In this document: one piece after another, positions 53,201-62,023 of the stretch
Layout of the letters: each line of letters starts with the position of its first letter
How positions within the stretch are numbered: position 1 is the first letter of the stretch
The notes under the pieces: generated by a model
The model's database searches: none
Told to the model about the DNA's origin: nothing
What the model saw: only the letters and a program-made list of their open reading frames with translations
Position numbers and translations under genes: made by a program
Source: Candidatus Uhrbacteria bacterium
GTDB taxonomy: Bacteria; Patescibacteriota; Patescibacteriia; 2-12-FULL-60-25
Assembly: GCA_037137975.1 (NCBI GenBank)
Contig: JBAXJG010000002.1
Coordinates: 40,524 to 104,523, forward strand
Direction of reading: 5' to 3'
Length of the DNA: 64,000 nt

Positions 53201-55232
53201 ATTTATAGACGCGATCTGCGCCATTTCCAAATGATTGCTGCGCTTGAGAGAGGCCGGCGAGCGATTCACTGACTCTTGAAGCGTCCCACCAGTAGTCATT
53301 GAGAACGACATAGATCAGTTTGCTTTGTCCGAGTTCGCTCGCATCATGCAATGTGTCCGCGTTGATTTCTGTTCCAACCATCCGGAGGAACACTTGATAG
53401 AGCGGACCACCTGTTGGAATTGGATAAAAGAATACATCTTTTGCATAACGCTTGAAGCCGAGTTCACGAACGGCTATGGCGCTCACGCTTTGATTTGCCA
53501 GAACGACATAGGGTTCAATCCCTGCATCACGATCGATCCAGCGCACGGCTTCAAGGTCAGATGCACTTGAGCTCCAGCCATGGCTTGCAACAGACGCATC
53601 AAAGCGTGGAAGTGCGTTATAAGCTTGTGCGGCATGCCATGAGAACAGGCCGAGCAAGAGCGTAATCGCGGTGATTGCTGAGGCGCGTTTCATGCGTTCG
53701 AGTATGAGTGATACTCCCGTAGCGGCAGGTGCAAGCAAGAAGAGTGTGGAGATCACAAACAATCGGTCCGCGTAATTGCCGCGTTCGTATTCGATAAGAA
53801 ATGCAAACTCGCCGGCTCCTTTTAAGAAGATGCCAGCGATGATCATGCCAATGCCTAGGATGCTCAACAGAATCCAGTCGCGACGTCGTTCAAGATCGTG
53901 TTTAATGGCGACTCCTGCGGCGATGAGCATCATCCAAGGCGAAAGGAATGCAACCATAGAGGCCCAATCAGCCCAGAGAGCGACGCGATTTTGTGGGGGA
54001 ACCATGGCGGAGAAAAACGCTTGAATTGTCTGCGCATCCCACAGATTTGCGATGTTCCAGGTGATGGAGGCTTGTGAGGTATTCAAGAATGCGAATGCGG
54101 TTGGAATGGATGCGATGGCGCCAATCGCGAATAGATATTTGAGACGTGGAAACAGAATCGCCGCACAGCCGAGTGCGAGTGGGAGACCGGCGAGTGGGTG
54201 AATACACAATGCCCACACCGCGAAAGAAATCGGCACGGCGGGATGCCACTTGTTTTCTCGCGAGACCAGAGCGGTGATAACAGCAACCAAGCCAATGAGA
54301 TAGGCGAATGCTTGTGGGGTTGTCACAACAAGCGTTGCGATTGGGAGAAAGAGAAGAACCGCCACAGGAAATGCGCGGTATTTTTTCGAAAGCGGAATTA
54401 AAAAGAACAGAAGAGCGGCTGCGGCAAGAGGCACAAGAAAGCGGTCGATCGTTTCAAGATTGAATTGTGTGAGTCGTGTAAACCAGGTAACGAAGACGTA
54501 TTGTCCAATATAATATGGAGGTTTTGGCGAGAGCGTTCCGGTGTTCAAAAGAATGGTTTCGCTTGCTTGATGCAAAAAGCCATCAAATCCAAAACCAACA
54601 GAATAGACAAGTGGCGCAATCAGCGTGACGGAAATGAGTGAGAGGGCTGCGAGTGAAGTGACTAGCACGCGTGATTTTGTTTTCCAAGCGGCGAGCCATG
54701 CGGCGATAGCGGGGAGAATACAGGCGACAAGCGTTCCAATGGGTAAAAGCGGCCAAGGGGTTCTGATCGCGAGATCAGTCGCAACACCGCTTGAAGCTTT
54801 TATGGCGTATCCAAAAGCAATGAGAGAAGGGATGAGAAGTGTCAGAATCCAAATGATCTCTTTTTTGTTGCTTGTTACTTCTTCTACTTCTGCTGGTTCG
54901 TGCGTTGTTTCTTCAGGAAGAATCGCGATTAAAAGCGTGAGTGTGAGTCCGAGGCTAGTTGCGTCAGTGACAGAGTTGAGACTCCATCCAAGATAATAAA
55001 ACAGGGTTTGGATGATGCTTTGGCCGGCGAGAATGACCGTGAGTCCGACGAAGGTTGCTGCTATCCCTTGATTGCGCTTTATGAGACGGCTTCCAAGAGT
55101 TACAGCATGATAGAGGACGCAGAACGCTAAAGCGACCGCTCCAAAGAGTGGATTTGCGTTGAGCCAGGCGTTTGCGAGCGCCGCACCAACGGTACATATG
55201 AGGATGAGCGCTTCGATCCACCGGCTGTGCAT
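53187..55232 (-). CDS. Large polytopic membrane protein with C-terminal soluble domain (possible GT-C or polymerase)
   Basis: 681 aa with about 15 TM helices. The last 170 aa or so are soluble. No diagnostic motif was recognised. Confidence 0.45.
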   Translation of the reverse strand: MHSRWIEALILICTVGAALANAWLNANPLFGAVALAFCVLYHAVTLGSRLIKRNQGIAATFVGLTVILAGQSIIQTLFYYLGWSLNSVTDATSLGLTLTLLIAILPEETTHEPAEVEEVTSNKKEIIWILTLLIPSLIAFGYAIKASSGVATDLAIRTPWPLLPIGTLVACILPAIAAWLAAWKTKSRVLVTSLAALSLISVTLIAPLVYSVGFGFDGFLHQASETILLNTGTLSPKPPYYIGQYVFVTWFTRLTQFNLETIDRFLVPLAAAALLFFLIPLSKKYRAFPVAVLLFLPIATLVVTTPQAFAYLIGLVAVITALVSRENKWHPAVPISFAVWALCIHPLAGLPLALGCAAILFPRLKYLFAIGAIASIPTAFAFLNTSQASITWNIANLWDAQTIQAFFSAMVPPQNRVALWADWASMVAFLSPWMMLIAAGVAIKHDLERRRDWILLSILGIGMIIAGIFLKGAGEFAFLIEYERGNYADRLFVISTLFLLAPAATGVSLILERMKRASAITAITLLLGLFSWHAAQAYNALPRFDASVASHGWSSSASDLEAVRWIDRDAGIEPYVVLANQSVSAIAVRELGFKRYAKDVFFYPIPTGGPLYQVFLRMVGTEINADTLHDASELGQSKLIYVVLNDYWWDASRVSESLAGLSQAQQSFGNGADRVYKFTLP

Positions 55233-55235
55233 AGG

Positions 55236-55583
55236 TTATTCTTCCTCACCCCAAATATTGCCGATCATTGTTTTAAAGAATCCTTTTTTTGGTTTTGGTC
55301 TTGGCCCTGTAGCGGCTGGAAACATTCCTTCTGGGTGTTCATCCCTTCTAATGGTGACGGTAGGTTCAAAATTTTCAATATTTGTTTTTAGATCTTTGGT
55401 TGTCGTGGCGTCTATTTTAGACGATTCACGTTTTGCTGCGTCCTGTGTTTTGCTAAATTTATCCATCAGGGCTCGTTGTTCTGGTGTAAATTGCTCGTAT
55501 ACATCAGCGATATTATGCATTCCCGCGTTCATTTTATGATCAGGAGTATGAGATTTACCCCCTCCAGTTGATATATTCTCCAT
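55236..55583 (-). CDS. Hypothetical soluble protein
   Basis: 115-aa ORF tightly coupled upstream of the membrane-protein gene, with no recognisable motif. Confidence 0.35.
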   Translation of the reverse strand: MENISTGGGKSHTPDHKMNAGMHNIADVYEQFTPEQRALMDKFSKTQDAAKRESSKIDATTTKDLKTNIENFEPTVTIRRDEHPEGMFPAATGPRPKPKKGFFKTMIGNIWGEEE

Positions 55584-55652
55584 ATATTCTTTAGGGTATC
55601 ACGCGGCTGAATATTCGCCAGTCTTGCCCAATTCCCGTATCCTTTAGGGGCG

Positions 55653-56234
55653 ATGTTGATGACGAACGAGAATATCGTGCTTGCGCCTCATGATCGCTTC
55701 ATGGGGGCGGTGTTTGTGCGTTGGTTGCCACGGTTTTTGCGACCGAATCACTTTACGGTTCTTCGTATCATCCTTACGCCGTTTGTATTAGGGCTTCTTT
55801 GGACAAAGCATTGGCCGGCGGCATTGGCATTGTTCTTGTTTGCAGCGCTTACGGATGCAATTGATGGTTCTATGGCGCGCTTGCGAAAACAAATTACGTT
55901 GTGGGGGACAATGGCTGATCCAGTTGCAGATAAGTTGTTGATCGGGTCTGCGGTAATAGTATTTGTCGCACGTGAGGTAAATATGTCATTTGCTGTGGTG
56001 ATGGTCTTGGTTGAATTGTTGATCATTGCAGGCGCTTTATACCGGCGAAGACAAGGGAGGTATGCGTCAGCGAATCACTATGGCAAGATCAAAATGTTGT
56101 TACAGGTTATTGGGGTTGCTCTATTGATTCTTGCAAAACTAGCCGGTTTACATCTGGTGGCTCCATTTGGAGTGGGGGTTTTGTCACTGGCGATCGTGTT
56201 TGCCGTTCTCTCGTTGCTAACGTATTCATCCTGA
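55653..56234 (+). CDS. CDP-alcohol phosphatidyltransferase (PgsA-like)
   Basis: Signature DAIDGSMARLRKQITLWGTMADPVADKL, i.e. D(x)2DG(x)2AR(x)8G(x)3D(x)3D. Confidence 0.88.
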   Translation: MLMTNENIVLAPHDRFMGAVFVRWLPRFLRPNHFTVLRIILTPFVLGLLWTKHWPAALALFLFAALTDAIDGSMARLRKQITLWGTMADPVADKLLIGSAVIVFVAREVNMSFAVVMVLVELLIIAGALYRRRQGRYASANHYGKIKMLLQVIGVALLILAKLAGLHLVAPFGVGVLSLAIVFAVLSLLTYSS

Positions 56235-56235
56235 T

Positions 56236-57501
56236 ATGTTGAATCAACTCAAAAAAATAATTCCAGCTCCTGCAATTGGTGCGTATCATTATGTGTTGGC
56301 TCGTGTGGCTCAGTTTGCGTATGGAAATCCATCAAAGGACTTGGTGGTGATTGGTGTGACGGGGACGAATGGAAAAACGAGTACCACATATCTTTTAGCA
56401 AAAGTACTTGAAGCGACTGGGGCTAAAACGGGTTGTACGACGACGGCGATCATGAAAGTCGCAGACAAAGAATGGTTGAATAAAACCAAGATGACCATGC
56501 CAGGGCGTTTCTTTTTGCAGAAAACCTTGCGCGACATGGTTCGTGCAGGTTGTACCTATGCGGTAATTGAAACTTCTTCACAGGGGTTGATTCAGCATCG
56601 ACATGTGGGGATTAATTATCAGGTGGGCGTGTTTACGAATCTGACTCCAGAACATATTGAAGCGCATGGCGGATTTGAGAACTATAAAAAAGCAAAGCGT
56701 ATTTTATTTGAAGTAGTTCGGACGGCGGTAGTTAATGCAGACAGTGAATTTGCAGATTACTACGCTGAGACGCCAGGATTAGAACGTGTTGAGCGATTTG
56801 GTATTGGAGAAGGGAAGGGGCTTCGTGCGAAAGGTGTGCAGATGCGTGCGGATGGTTCCTCGTTTACGGTTGATGGAATCCCGGTATCGTTGCGATTGCC
56901 TGGTGAATATAATATTTCGAATGCGCTTGCCGCTCTTGCGACGTGTCGTGCATTAGATCTTGATTTGAAAAAGCCTATCGCTGGTTTGTCAGAAGTGAGT
57001 CGAATCCCTGGGCGGTTTGAGCGCGTGGACGTTGGTCAGCCTTGGACGGTGATCGTTGATTATGCCCCTGAACCAGAGTCGTTTCGTCGTTTATATGAAG
57101 CGCTTGCCTTGATCCCAAAGACGCGCACGATTCATGTGCTCGGTTCTTGTGGAGGAGGCCGTGATATTGCGCGTCGTCCGATTCTTGGGCGTATGGCTGC
57201 CGAGCATGCCGATATTGTGATTGTGACGAATGAGGATCCGTATGATGATAATCCGCAAGAAATTATTGACCAGGTCGCTGAAGGGGCGATCGCGGGTGGA
57301 AAAAAGGATGGACAGAATCTGTTCCGCGTATTGGATCGTCGTGAGGCAATCATGAAAGCGATGGCACTCGCAAGACCTGGCGATTTGGTTGTATTGACCG
57401 GAAAGGGCTGTGAGCCGTGGATCTGCCTCTCCAATGGGCGTAAGCTACCTTGGGACGAGGTCAGGACCGCCACCGAGGCGATTCATACGGCCCTGTCTTA
57501 A
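56236..57501 (+). CDS. murE: Mur ligase family protein (MurE-like UDP-MurNAc-tripeptide synthetase)
   Basis: P-loop VIGVTGTNGKTSTTYLL and FTNLTPEHIEAHGGFENYKKAK. It is shorter than canonical MurE because the N-terminal domain is reduced. Confidence 0.75.
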   Translation: MLNQLKKIIPAPAIGAYHYVLARVAQFAYGNPSKDLVVIGVTGTNGKTSTTYLLAKVLEATGAKTGCTTTAIMKVADKEWLNKTKMTMPGRFFLQKTLRDMVRAGCTYAVIETSSQGLIQHRHVGINYQVGVFTNLTPEHIEAHGGFENYKKAKRILFEVVRTAVVNADSEFADYYAETPGLERVERFGIGEGKGLRAKGVQMRADGSSFTVDGIPVSLRLPGEYNISNALAALATCRALDLDLKKPIAGLSEVSRIPGRFERVDVGQPWTVIVDYAPEPESFRRLYEALALIPKTRTIHVLGSCGGGRDIARRPILGRMAAEHADIVIVTNEDPYDDNPQEIIDQVAEGAIAGGKKDGQNLFRVLDRREAIMKAMALARPGDLVVLTGKGCEPWICLSNGRKLPWDEVRTATEAIHTALS

Positions 57502-57506
57502 TCTCT

Positions 57507-58022
57507 ATGTTATCCGTACATGACATCTTGCAGCTTCAAGAAGGAGAGCGTGTGGTGGCGGTGATTCGCCGACACGCATCTTCAGTGATTCCAGGCTTGG
57601 TTGCTGCTGGGTTGTGTATCGCGTTGCCGTTTTTCTTTCTCTTTCCACTTATTCGATTGGGCTTTATTGGGGCGGTTATTATCAGTTTGTTTTTGGCGGG
57701 CGGATTGTTTTTCGCTTTAAAAACTTTGCTTTTGTGGGATACGAATGCGTTAGTCGCAACAGATGCTCGTGTTGTTATTGTTCGTCAGAAAAGTCCTTGG
57801 GATCGTCAAGTAACAGAGTGGCCACTGTATGGAATGAGTATCACGGTTGAGCGTCACGGTATGCTCGATTCAATGTTTCGTACGGGGAGTATTTCTTTGT
57901 TGGGCGCGGGCGCATCGATCCCCGCGGTCATTTCTGGCGTAGCAGGTCCAGATCAAGTGGCAGCTTTATTACAAAAACTTCGTGACGGTCGAAATCCAAA
58001 CTTCAAAGTCAAAGAGCTCTAG
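57507..58022 (+). CDS. Membrane protein, bacterial PH-domain-like (YdbT-like) candidate
   Basis: Two TM helices follow GERVVAVIRRHASSV. This is a weak resemblance only. Confidence 0.4.
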   Translation: MLSVHDILQLQEGERVVAVIRRHASSVIPGLVAAGLCIALPFFFLFPLIRLGFIGAVIISLFLAGGLFFALKTLLLWDTNALVATDARVVIVRQKSPWDRQVTEWPLYGMSITVERHGMLDSMFRTGSISLLGAGASIPAVISGVAGPDQVAALLQKLRDGRNPNFKVKEL

Positions 58023-58040
58023 TGCTATACTGTCGAGGAC

Positions 58041-58475
58041 ATGCGCCGGAGCAAGCCACACGTAGCACGTAGTACACAGCACAAGAAATGGCTGTGGCCA
58101 TTAGCTGTTGCAGCAAGTGGCGCGCTTTGTTTACTCGTTGGCGTTTCTACGGTTCGCGAAGGTTTGAGTCAGTGGAAAGTGGATCAAGAGATTGGACATA
58201 TGCAAGCTGAGGTGGAAAAACTTGAAGGGAAGAAACTCGCTTTGTCAGAATTGATTCAGCGTCTTGATTCGCCAGAGGCACTTGATAAAGAAGCGCGAAC
58301 ACGACTGGACTTGCGTCAACCTGGAGAGCGGGTAATTATTCTTCGCGGAATGGGTGATCCTGGTTCTTGGAACGATGATATCGGCGATCAGCCAGCCCCA
58401 ACGGTTCCTGTTGAAGACACGCGTCCAAACTCGCAGCGATGGATTGATTATTTTTTTCCGAAGCCAACCAATTAA
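58041..58475 (+). CDS. Septum formation initiator (FtsB/DivIC-like)
   Basis: One TM helix, a coiled coil (QAEVEKLEGKKLALSELIQRL) and the family-typical EARTRLDLRQPGERVIIL. Confidence 0.65.
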   Translation: MRRSKPHVARSTQHKKWLWPLAVAASGALCLLVGVSTVREGLSQWKVDQEIGHMQAEVEKLEGKKLALSELIQRLDSPEALDKEARTRLDLRQPGERVIILRGMGDPGSWNDDIGDQPAPTVPVEDTRPNSQRWIDYFFPKPTN

Positions 58476-58478
58476 CAT

Positions 58479-59144
58479 ATGAAGCACGTCCATTTGCATT
58501 TCGAAAAGGTTATAAAGAATCCGAGAATGCTTCTCATGGTTGTTGTGGGTGTTGTTCTTGTTCTCGTGGCATTTGGAGGGATCGCCGCTTCGGGATACGT
58601 GTATCACGTCGAGAAGCCGCCAATTGCCTCTATGATTGGTTGGATGCCTGCGGCTCGCGTTGGTTCACAGACTGTGACGTATGCGGAGTACTTAAAGCAT
58701 GTTGAAGCCCAGCGTACGTTTATTGAGGGACCAGCAAGTCAGGCGCAGGGCGTGACCAGCACGTTTGGAGATCCAGAACGTTCTGCGGCTCTTGAGCGTG
58801 CAATTCGTATCGCGGCCATTGATGATCTTGCGTTTAAGGCGGGAATGCAGGTTACGCAACTCGATGTGGAGCGTGCGTATCTCGGGTTGGTTGATCGTGC
58901 AGGAACTTCAACGACACCGCAGGAGATTCGTGATTTTTTGCATGACCAATTCGGAATGGATGAAGTCGCGTTTAAGGAGATGGTCGTGCGCCCAGCTCTA
59001 CTTGAAGACACGCTACGCGCAAAGAGCAGCCAAGAGTCGGGGGATGCCCAGGCTTTTGATAAGACGCTTGAAGAACGTTTGAAACAATCGGATGTTGTTC
59101 GATACGTGAAGTTTAAGAGCCTTGCCAACGAACCCGCGTCTTGA
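58479..59144 (+). CDS. Membrane-anchored hypothetical protein (SurA-N-like chaperone domain candidate)
   Basis: N-terminal TM helix, then a helical domain with a weak resemblance to SurA N-terminal-type proteins. Confidence 0.35.
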   Translation: MKHVHLHFEKVIKNPRMLLMVVVGVVLVLVAFGGIAASGYVYHVEKPPIASMIGWMPAARVGSQTVTYAEYLKHVEAQRTFIEGPASQAQGVTSTFGDPERSAALERAIRIAAIDDLAFKAGMQVTQLDVERAYLGLVDRAGTSTTPQEIRDFLHDQFGMDEVAFKEMVVRPALLEDTLRAKSSQESGDAQAFDKTLEERLKQSDVVRYVKFKSLANEPAS

Positions 59145-59158
59145 TAGGATCGCGCGGC

Positions 59159-59226
59159 GCCAGCCTTCGCTCAAGCTTCGGCTGGCATGCTTGGCGGGCC
59201 CAGCCCGCCGTAGCTCCAGTAGGAGC
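59159..59226 (+). other. Three consecutive GC-rich hairpins upstream of tRNA-Gly
   Basis: GCCAGCC...GGCTGGC (59159-59186), GGCGGGC-CCA-GCCCGCC (59193-59209) and GCTCC-AGTA-GGAGC (59213-59226). Confidence 0.6.
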
Positions 59227-59230
59227 GTAG

Positions 59231-59305
59231 GCGGGTATCGTATAGTGGCTATTATGAATGCTTCCCAAGCATTAAAGAGGAGTTCGATTCTCCTTACCCG
59301 CTCCA
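59231..59305 (+). tRNA. tRNA-Gly (anticodon CCC), CCA encoded
   Basis: Manual cloverleaf: acceptor GCGGGTA/TACCCGC, anticodon stem AATGC/GCATT with loop TTCCCAA, T arm AGGAG-TTCGATT-CTCCT, discriminator U, then CCA. Confidence 0.9.
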
Positions 59306-59341
59306 TCACCCTGCGCACCTAACGGTGCTATGGGTGATTCC

Positions 59342-59417
59342 GCCGATGTAGCTCAGCTGGTAGAGCAGTGCTTTCGTAAAGCAAAGGTCGCCGGTTCAAA
59401 TCCGGCCATCGGCTCCA
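59342..59417 (+). tRNA. tRNA-Thr (anticodon CGU), CCA encoded
   Basis: Manual cloverleaf: acceptor GCCGATG/CATCGGC, D arm GCTC-AGCTGGTA-GAGC, anticodon loop TTCGTAA, T arm GCCGG-TTCAAAT-CCGGC, then TCCA. Confidence 0.9.
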
Positions 59418-59420
59418 TGT

Positions 59421-59455
59421 AAAACACCGCCCATTCGGGCGGTGTTTTGTTTTGA
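59421..59455 (+). terminator. Rho-independent terminator of the tRNA operon
   Basis: ACACCGCCC-ATTC-GGGCGGTGT followed by TTTTGTTTTG. Confidence 0.88.
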
Positions 59456-59476
59456 GGATTTCCCACTGTGGAACAG

Positions 59477-59617
59477 GAGTAGGTTCGCACCACCCCGGCC
59501 ACTTCTGTGGCCACCCCTCCTCTGGGAGGAGGGGATTTTCGGAAAAAGATCTCCTCCTCTCAGAGGAGGAGAAAGCAAGAGGCGGTGCGAGCCCATCTCC
59601 CTGATGTGAACCTACTC
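59477..59617. ncRNA. Candidate structured RNA or MITE-like element: closed four-way junction with two CCUCCUC/GAGGAGG hairpins
   Basis: Outer stem GAGTAGGT/ACCTACTC and inner stem TCGCACCACC/GGCGGTGCGA (1 mismatch) enclose three hairpins. These are GGCCAC-TTCT-GTGGCC, CCCCTCCTC-TGG-GAGGAGGGG and TCTCCTCCTC-TCA-GAGGAGGAGA. Strand is undetermined. Confidence 0.35.
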
Positions 59618-59661
59618 GTTTCTATTGCCTCTGTTCTGTTTCTGTTCTATATTTGTTCGGT

Positions 59662-60891
59662 ATGGAATTCCCGCGTTCACAACGGTTGATTGCTCATGTG
59701 GATATGAATTCGTATTTTGCGTCTGTTGAGCAGCAGGCAAATCCGCATCTACGCGGAAAACCATTGGGAGTGTGTGCGTATTTAAAAGAATATGGTTGTG
59801 TGATTGCAGCGTCCGTGGAAGCAAAAAAGATGGGAATGAAAGTTGGCATGACGGTGAAAGAAGCGCGTGAAATCGTGCCATCGGCAAAGTTTGTGGAAAA
59901 TGATCCAGCGAAATATCGCGCAGTCACTTCACGTGTCTTCGCTTTGTTCCACGAGATTTCAGATTGTGTAGAACATTATTCTATTGATGAAGCGTTTTTA
60001 GATTTGACGGGTTGGTATCGTGATGCGGCAGAAGCGTCGTTTGCATTGTCGCGTGTAAAGCGACGTATCACAAATGAGATCGGGGATTGGTTGCGTTGTT
60101 CGGCCGGTATCGCTCCAACGCGTTTTCTCGCGAAGACCGCCTCTGATCTGAAAAAACCGGACGGGCTTTCGATCATCACGCATGAAAATTTAGATGAGAT
60201 CCTTTCGCGACTTGATCTGGAGGATGTATGCGGAATTGGTCCGCGCATGCGGCGTCGTCTTGAGCGGATTGGATTTATGACATTGCTGCAAATCAAAAAT
60301 GGTCCTACGGCGAATTTGATGCGAGAGTTTGGAGTGAACGGATATTTTCTTCAGGCAAAACTACAAGGGCTTGATGTGGAGATGGTTGAACCTGCGGGTG
60401 AGCGTATTCCAAAATCATTTGGGCATTCGTATTGCGTTCCAGATCGAGTGAATCGTGAAGGAAAGGTGCCAGCTACGCTGATGCGTTTGGTGGAGCGTGC
60501 AAGTCGACGGATGCGGAGTTTTGGATTATCAGCTTCCGGTATTGCGGTTATTGTTGGTGAGTCTTCTTCTCATGCACGGCTTGGCGAACCGGCGAATGAT
60601 TCATTTACGCTTATCGGAAAAACACTTGAATTATTGCGAGAACTTTGGCATGGAGAACGTGTGAGATTTCTTGCGGTTACGTTGTTTGAATTGTCGCCGC
60701 CAAATCGGCAGGTTGATTTTGGATTTCAAGCAAATCGTCGATTAGCCGTATCTCGTGCGGTTGATTTAGTGAAAGATAAATACGGGGAGAGATCTGTTTC
60801 GTTCGGCTCTATGATCTCGTTGGATGATGAAGCTCCAGATCGAATTGGATTTAGAAAAACTGAGGGTGTGGATATTACTCGAGTAACATGA
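59662..60891 (+). CDS. dinB: DNA polymerase IV (Y-family)
   Basis: IAHVDMNSYFASVEQ, SIDEAFLDLTG and the GIGPRMRRRLERIGF HhH motif. Confidence 0.9.
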   Translation: MEFPRSQRLIAHVDMNSYFASVEQQANPHLRGKPLGVCAYLKEYGCVIAASVEAKKMGMKVGMTVKEAREIVPSAKFVENDPAKYRAVTSRVFALFHEISDCVEHYSIDEAFLDLTGWYRDAAEASFALSRVKRRITNEIGDWLRCSAGIAPTRFLAKTASDLKKPDGLSIITHENLDEILSRLDLEDVCGIGPRMRRRLERIGFMTLLQIKNGPTANLMREFGVNGYFLQAKLQGLDVEMVEPAGERIPKSFGHSYCVPDRVNREGKVPATLMRLVERASRRMRSFGLSASGIAVIVGESSSHARLGEPANDSFTLIGKTLELLRELWHGERVRFLAVTLFELSPPNRQVDFGFQANRRLAVSRAVDLVKDKYGERSVSFGSMISLDDEAPDRIGFRKTEGVDITRVT

Positions 60892-62008
60892 TGCCTGCGT
60901 CTTTCGCAACTGTGCCGCGACGACGGACAGCTACACTCTGTGCGAGTCCAATACAGACGAACACGATCAAAAGGTAGGAAGCAGCGGCGGAAAGAAAAGG
61001 CATCGGAATTCCCGTGATTGGTAAGATGCCTAAATTCATACCCGCGTTCACAAAAAGGTGAATCAAGAAGATGGCGGCAAGACCCGCAAGAAGATAGGCG
61101 GCAAAGTCATCTTCGGATTCATATCCAAGACGGATAAAGCGCACGAGCATCAATAAAAAGAGGCCGAAGATAAAACAGATGCCGACCAAGCCCATCTCTT
61201 CACCGACAACAGCAAAGATAAAGTCGGTAGCTGCGGCTGGGAGGAAGCGTAGGCGGGCCTGAGAGCCTTCACCAATGCCTTTTCCGAACCATCCGCCCGA
61301 TCCGATGGCGATACGTGCCTGAATCGCGTTATAGCCCGATCCGCGTGGGTCGCTGTTTGGATCGAGGAAACTTACGATACGGTCGTGCTGATATGGTTTG
61401 AGTCCAACCGTCCAAATGAGACCACCACTTACCAGTAGGATCAGAGGAAGAATGATCCAAGCGCGTCTTGGAAGTCCGGTAAATGCGGATATTGCTCCCC
61501 AAATTAGAATCAGTACGACGGCTGATCCGAAGTCAGGCTGCGCCATCACGATGAGCGCATAGATACCCGTAGCAACTCCGCCCATAAAAAATGTTGTCCA
61601 GGTGAGTCGCCCTCGCCCGCGTTTTGCGTAGAGAGCGGCAAGATAGACGGTTAAAAATATCTTTGCGAGTTCTACGGGCTGGAAAGAAAGGACGCCGACA
61701 CGGAACCAGCCGCGTGTGCCATTTACTTCGATGCCAAGGAGGAGCACGCCGAGGAGCATGATCCCGCCGAAGATGTATAAGAAAAATCCATAGGCTCGAA
61801 GATGGCGATAATCCAGAAACATGAGGGCGAGCAGCACAAGAATCCCCACGGCGGCAGTGATGGATTGTTTTTGAAACAAAAACAAATCACTTGGATTTTG
61901 CGAGATCCCAATTCCGTAAATCGCAACAAGACCGATAGACGTCAAGGTGACGGCTGCGGCAAGCAGCATCCAGTCGATGCGTTGGAATAACTCAACAATT
62001 CGGCCCAT
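60875..62008 (-). CDS. SEDS-family peptidoglycan glycosyltransferase (FtsW/RodA)
   Basis: 10-TM protein with QPVELAKI, QPDFGSAVV, GSGGWFGKGIGEGSQ and DFIFAVVGEEMGLVG motifs. Confidence 0.9.
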   Translation of the reverse strand: MGRIVELFQRIDWMLLAAAVTLTSIGLVAIYGIGISQNPSDLFLFQKQSITAAVGILVLLALMFLDYRHLRAYGFFLYIFGGIMLLGVLLLGIEVNGTRGWFRVGVLSFQPVELAKIFLTVYLAALYAKRGRGRLTWTTFFMGGVATGIYALIVMAQPDFGSAVVLILIWGAISAFTGLPRRAWIILPLILLVSGGLIWTVGLKPYQHDRIVSFLDPNSDPRGSGYNAIQARIAIGSGGWFGKGIGEGSQARLRFLPAAATDFIFAVVGEEMGLVGICFIFGLFLLMLVRFIRLGYESEDDFAAYLLAGLAAIFLIHLFVNAGMNLGILPITGIPMPFLSAAASYLLIVFVCIGLAQSVAVRRRGTVAKDAGIMLLE

Positions 62009-62023
62009 GGGGGCACGTTAGCA

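Noticed and set aside
59396-59689. Small ORFs 59396-59596 (minus) and 59507-59689 (plus)
   Set aside because: They overlap the tRNA-Thr gene and its terminator, or the hairpin-dense element. Their Gly/Arg/Pro/Ser-rich translations simply reflect the GGAGG/CCTCC repeats.
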